This document shows positions 61,991-64,000 of a stretch of DNA of 64,000 bases, in pieces. Source of the DNA: Chiloscyllium plagiosum (taxonomy: Eukaryota). How positions within the stretch are numbered: the first letter of the stretch is position 1; the number at the start of each line of letters is the position of its first letter. The notes under the pieces are model-generated. The model had not been told where the DNA came from. It worked only from the letters and a program-made list of their open reading frames with translations, and made no database searches. The position numbers and the translations under genes were made by a program. The stretch spans positions 17,638,146 to 17,702,145 of the forward strand of contig NC_057749.1 of NCBI RefSeq assembly GCF_004010195.1, read 5' to 3'.

Positions 61991-62470
61991 TTTACAACAT
62001 TGGGGAAGTATTTGTGTACTTTTACAACATTGGGGAAGTATTTGTGTACTTTTACAACATTGGGGAAGTATTTGTGTACTTTTACAACATTGGGGAAGTA
62101 TTTGTGTACTTTTACAACATTGGGGAAGTATTTGTGTACTTTTACAACATTGGGGAAGTATTTGTGTACTTTTACAACATTGGGGAAGTATTTGTGTACT
62201 TTTACAACATTGGGGAAGTATTTGTGTACTTTTACAACATTGGGGAAGTATTTGTGTACTTTTACAACATTGGGGAAGTATTTGTGTACTTTTACAACAT
62301 TGGGGAAGTATTTGTGTACTTTTACAACATTGGGGAAGTATTTGTGTACTTTTACAACATTGGGGAAGTATTTGTGTACTTTTACAACATTGGGGAAGTA
62401 TTTGTGTACTTTTACAACATTGGGGAAGTATTTGTGTACTTTTACAACTTTGGGGAAGTATTTGTGAACT
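61991..62470. repeat. 30-bp minisatellite, 16 units (tttacaacattggggaagtatttgtgtact)
   Basis: 15 identical units plus one terminal variant; no spacers. Confidence 0.98.
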
Positions 62471-62821
62471 TTTGAAGTGTACCCAAATGCCAAACAGACA
62501 CTTTTCACAAGCAAAAAGCTTTCTGAAAATGCAAGTTGTTACAAACAACTCCCATGTGAAGTTCTCCAAGTTAGAATATTTTCAGACAGAAATATTCCAA
62601 ATCGTTAAGTTCCAGGGTGAGGAGGAATGGACTGAGTCCCACTGCTCCCTCAGTTTGTGACAGTAAGGTTCGTTTTAAAAGGATTCCTCTGTTGTGAACG
62701 CCTTTTACCCAGACCAAATTATGTTTCAAAAAGAGCCAAATTAGCTGGGCTTTACTTGAATTAACAAAAATGTGAGTTTATTAGTTTCTACATGTGGGAA
62801 GTATTAATAATATATTGGGAA

Positions 62822-63014
62822 TATGATGTGGAGGTGCCGGTGTTGGACTGAGGTGGACTAAGTCAGAAGCCACACAACACTGGGTTATAGTCCAACAGGT
62901 TTAATTAAAATCACAAGCTTTCACAACAATGCCCTTTAATCAGGTGGAACTTCACCTGACGAAGGAGCAGCGCTCCAAAACCTTGGACTATAACCTGGTT
63001 TCGTGTAACTCCTG
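62822..63014. mobile_element. Second-family PLE-type palindrome, degenerate hammerhead, 10-bp TSD
   Basis: ggttatagtccaa / ttggactataacc arms; cac CTGACGA aggagc agc gctcc aaaa; atattgggaa at 62812-62821 and 63015-63024. Confidence 0.7.
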
Positions 63015-63304
63015 ATATTGGGAAGAAAAAGTGGGTCCAAAGAAAAGGTAAAATTTAAAGGTTATAAGCAGATAATCTCTCTGGATAGTTCAGGAAAAGT
63101 AGACAGTGGAACATGGATAGCGGAACAGTTAAACAGCCATTTTTGGGATTTTAGTTTTTGCAGGTTAGTTGATATCCTTTTGACCTGTTTCCTTTCGATG
63201 GTAACTGGTTAGCAGCACTTCAGAGCAAGAGAGCCCTTCTGTCTTTTGTTTCATTCTGACTGGCTTCTCACTTAATTGGCTTCTAGCATGTAGAGTGACA
63301 GATT

Positions 63305-63625
63305 CATAGATCAAAACATTTGAGATCCAGACAGTACAGCAGAGGTTCTTCAGCCCATCAAGTCTGTGTGCCACCAAAATGACACTAAATCTACCCTCAT
63401 CCCACTTTACAGCACTTGGCCAATGCCTTGAATGTTATAGCATTTCAGGTGCTCCTCCGTGTAATTTTTAAAAGTTGTTAGGTTTCCCACCTCAACTACT
63501 CTCCCAAACAGTGCATTCCAGATTCACATCACCCTCTGGATGAAAAAATAGTTTCCTCAAATCCTCTCTAAACCTTCACTTTAAAATTATATCCCCTTGT
63601 TATTGACCCCTGAACTAAGGGGAAG
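63305..63625 (-). mobile_element. CR1 3' end
   Basis: Reverse-complement CR1 UTR and tgcattccagatt...accctctggatgaaaaaa. Confidence 0.7.
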
Positions 63626-63630
63626 AGCTG

Positions 63631-63722
63631 CGTGTATGTGTGTGAGAGTGTGTATGTGTGTGTATGTGTGTGTGAGAGTGTGTATGTGTGTGAGTGTGTA
63701 TGAGAGTGTGTATATGTGTGTG
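63631..63722. repeat. (TG)n-rich microsatellite
   Basis: Directly visible. Confidence 0.9.
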
Positions 63723-64000
63723 GTTATTTGGGGTATAGAAGGTGGCCAGCAATAACTGGACTGTCCTACACTAACAGCTGGTATGGAGGCTTATAAAAGG
63801 AAGCCAGGAGAAAGCATTGTGAAAGAAAATTAAAAATAGTGATGGAATGAAGAAATTCTTACTTCTATATTAGTGAGAAATTGAGCAGGAAAGAACAGCT
63901 CTTGGACTGCATTCAAGACATCCCTCATTTATTCCATTATGATTATATTTTTATTCAAGTGTAGATGAAATAACAGAGACTGTGAAGCAGCATAGCAAAC

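Noticed and set aside
61991..62470. CRISPR array or repeat-protein CDS
   Set aside because: Units abut with no spacers, the context is eukaryotic, and the ORFs follow trivially from a stop-free 30-mer.

Overview
Eukaryotic, repeat-dominated scaffold segment, almost certainly from an elasmobranch (shark). It has about 11 copies of the HE1-type tRNA-derived SINE and many CR1 LINE 3' fragments. There are three N-gaps. I recognise no intact host gene: nearly all long ORFs come from CR1, L1/Tx1, Penelope or Harbinger remnants, from SINEs, from gaps or from a 30-bp minisatellite. The most striking structure is a dense set of short Penelope-like (PLE) insertions. These are often folded-back palindromes, carry 10-15 bp target duplications, and contain minimal type-I hammerhead ribozyme cores (CUGANGA-helix II-GAAA-palindromic helix III-UH) of at least three sequence families. 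Also present: a decayed two-gene PIF/Harbinger transposon (Myb/SANT plus HARBI1-like), a GIY-YIG PLE fragment inside a CR1 with a 96-bp flanking duplication, an L1/Tx1 insertion with a 17-bp TSD, local inverted and tandem duplications, motif-rich non-repetitive blocks that look like enhancers, and a weak, unidentified minus-strand three-exon candidate. Family names come from recalled motifs, not database searches, and boundaries of degenerate repeats are approximate.
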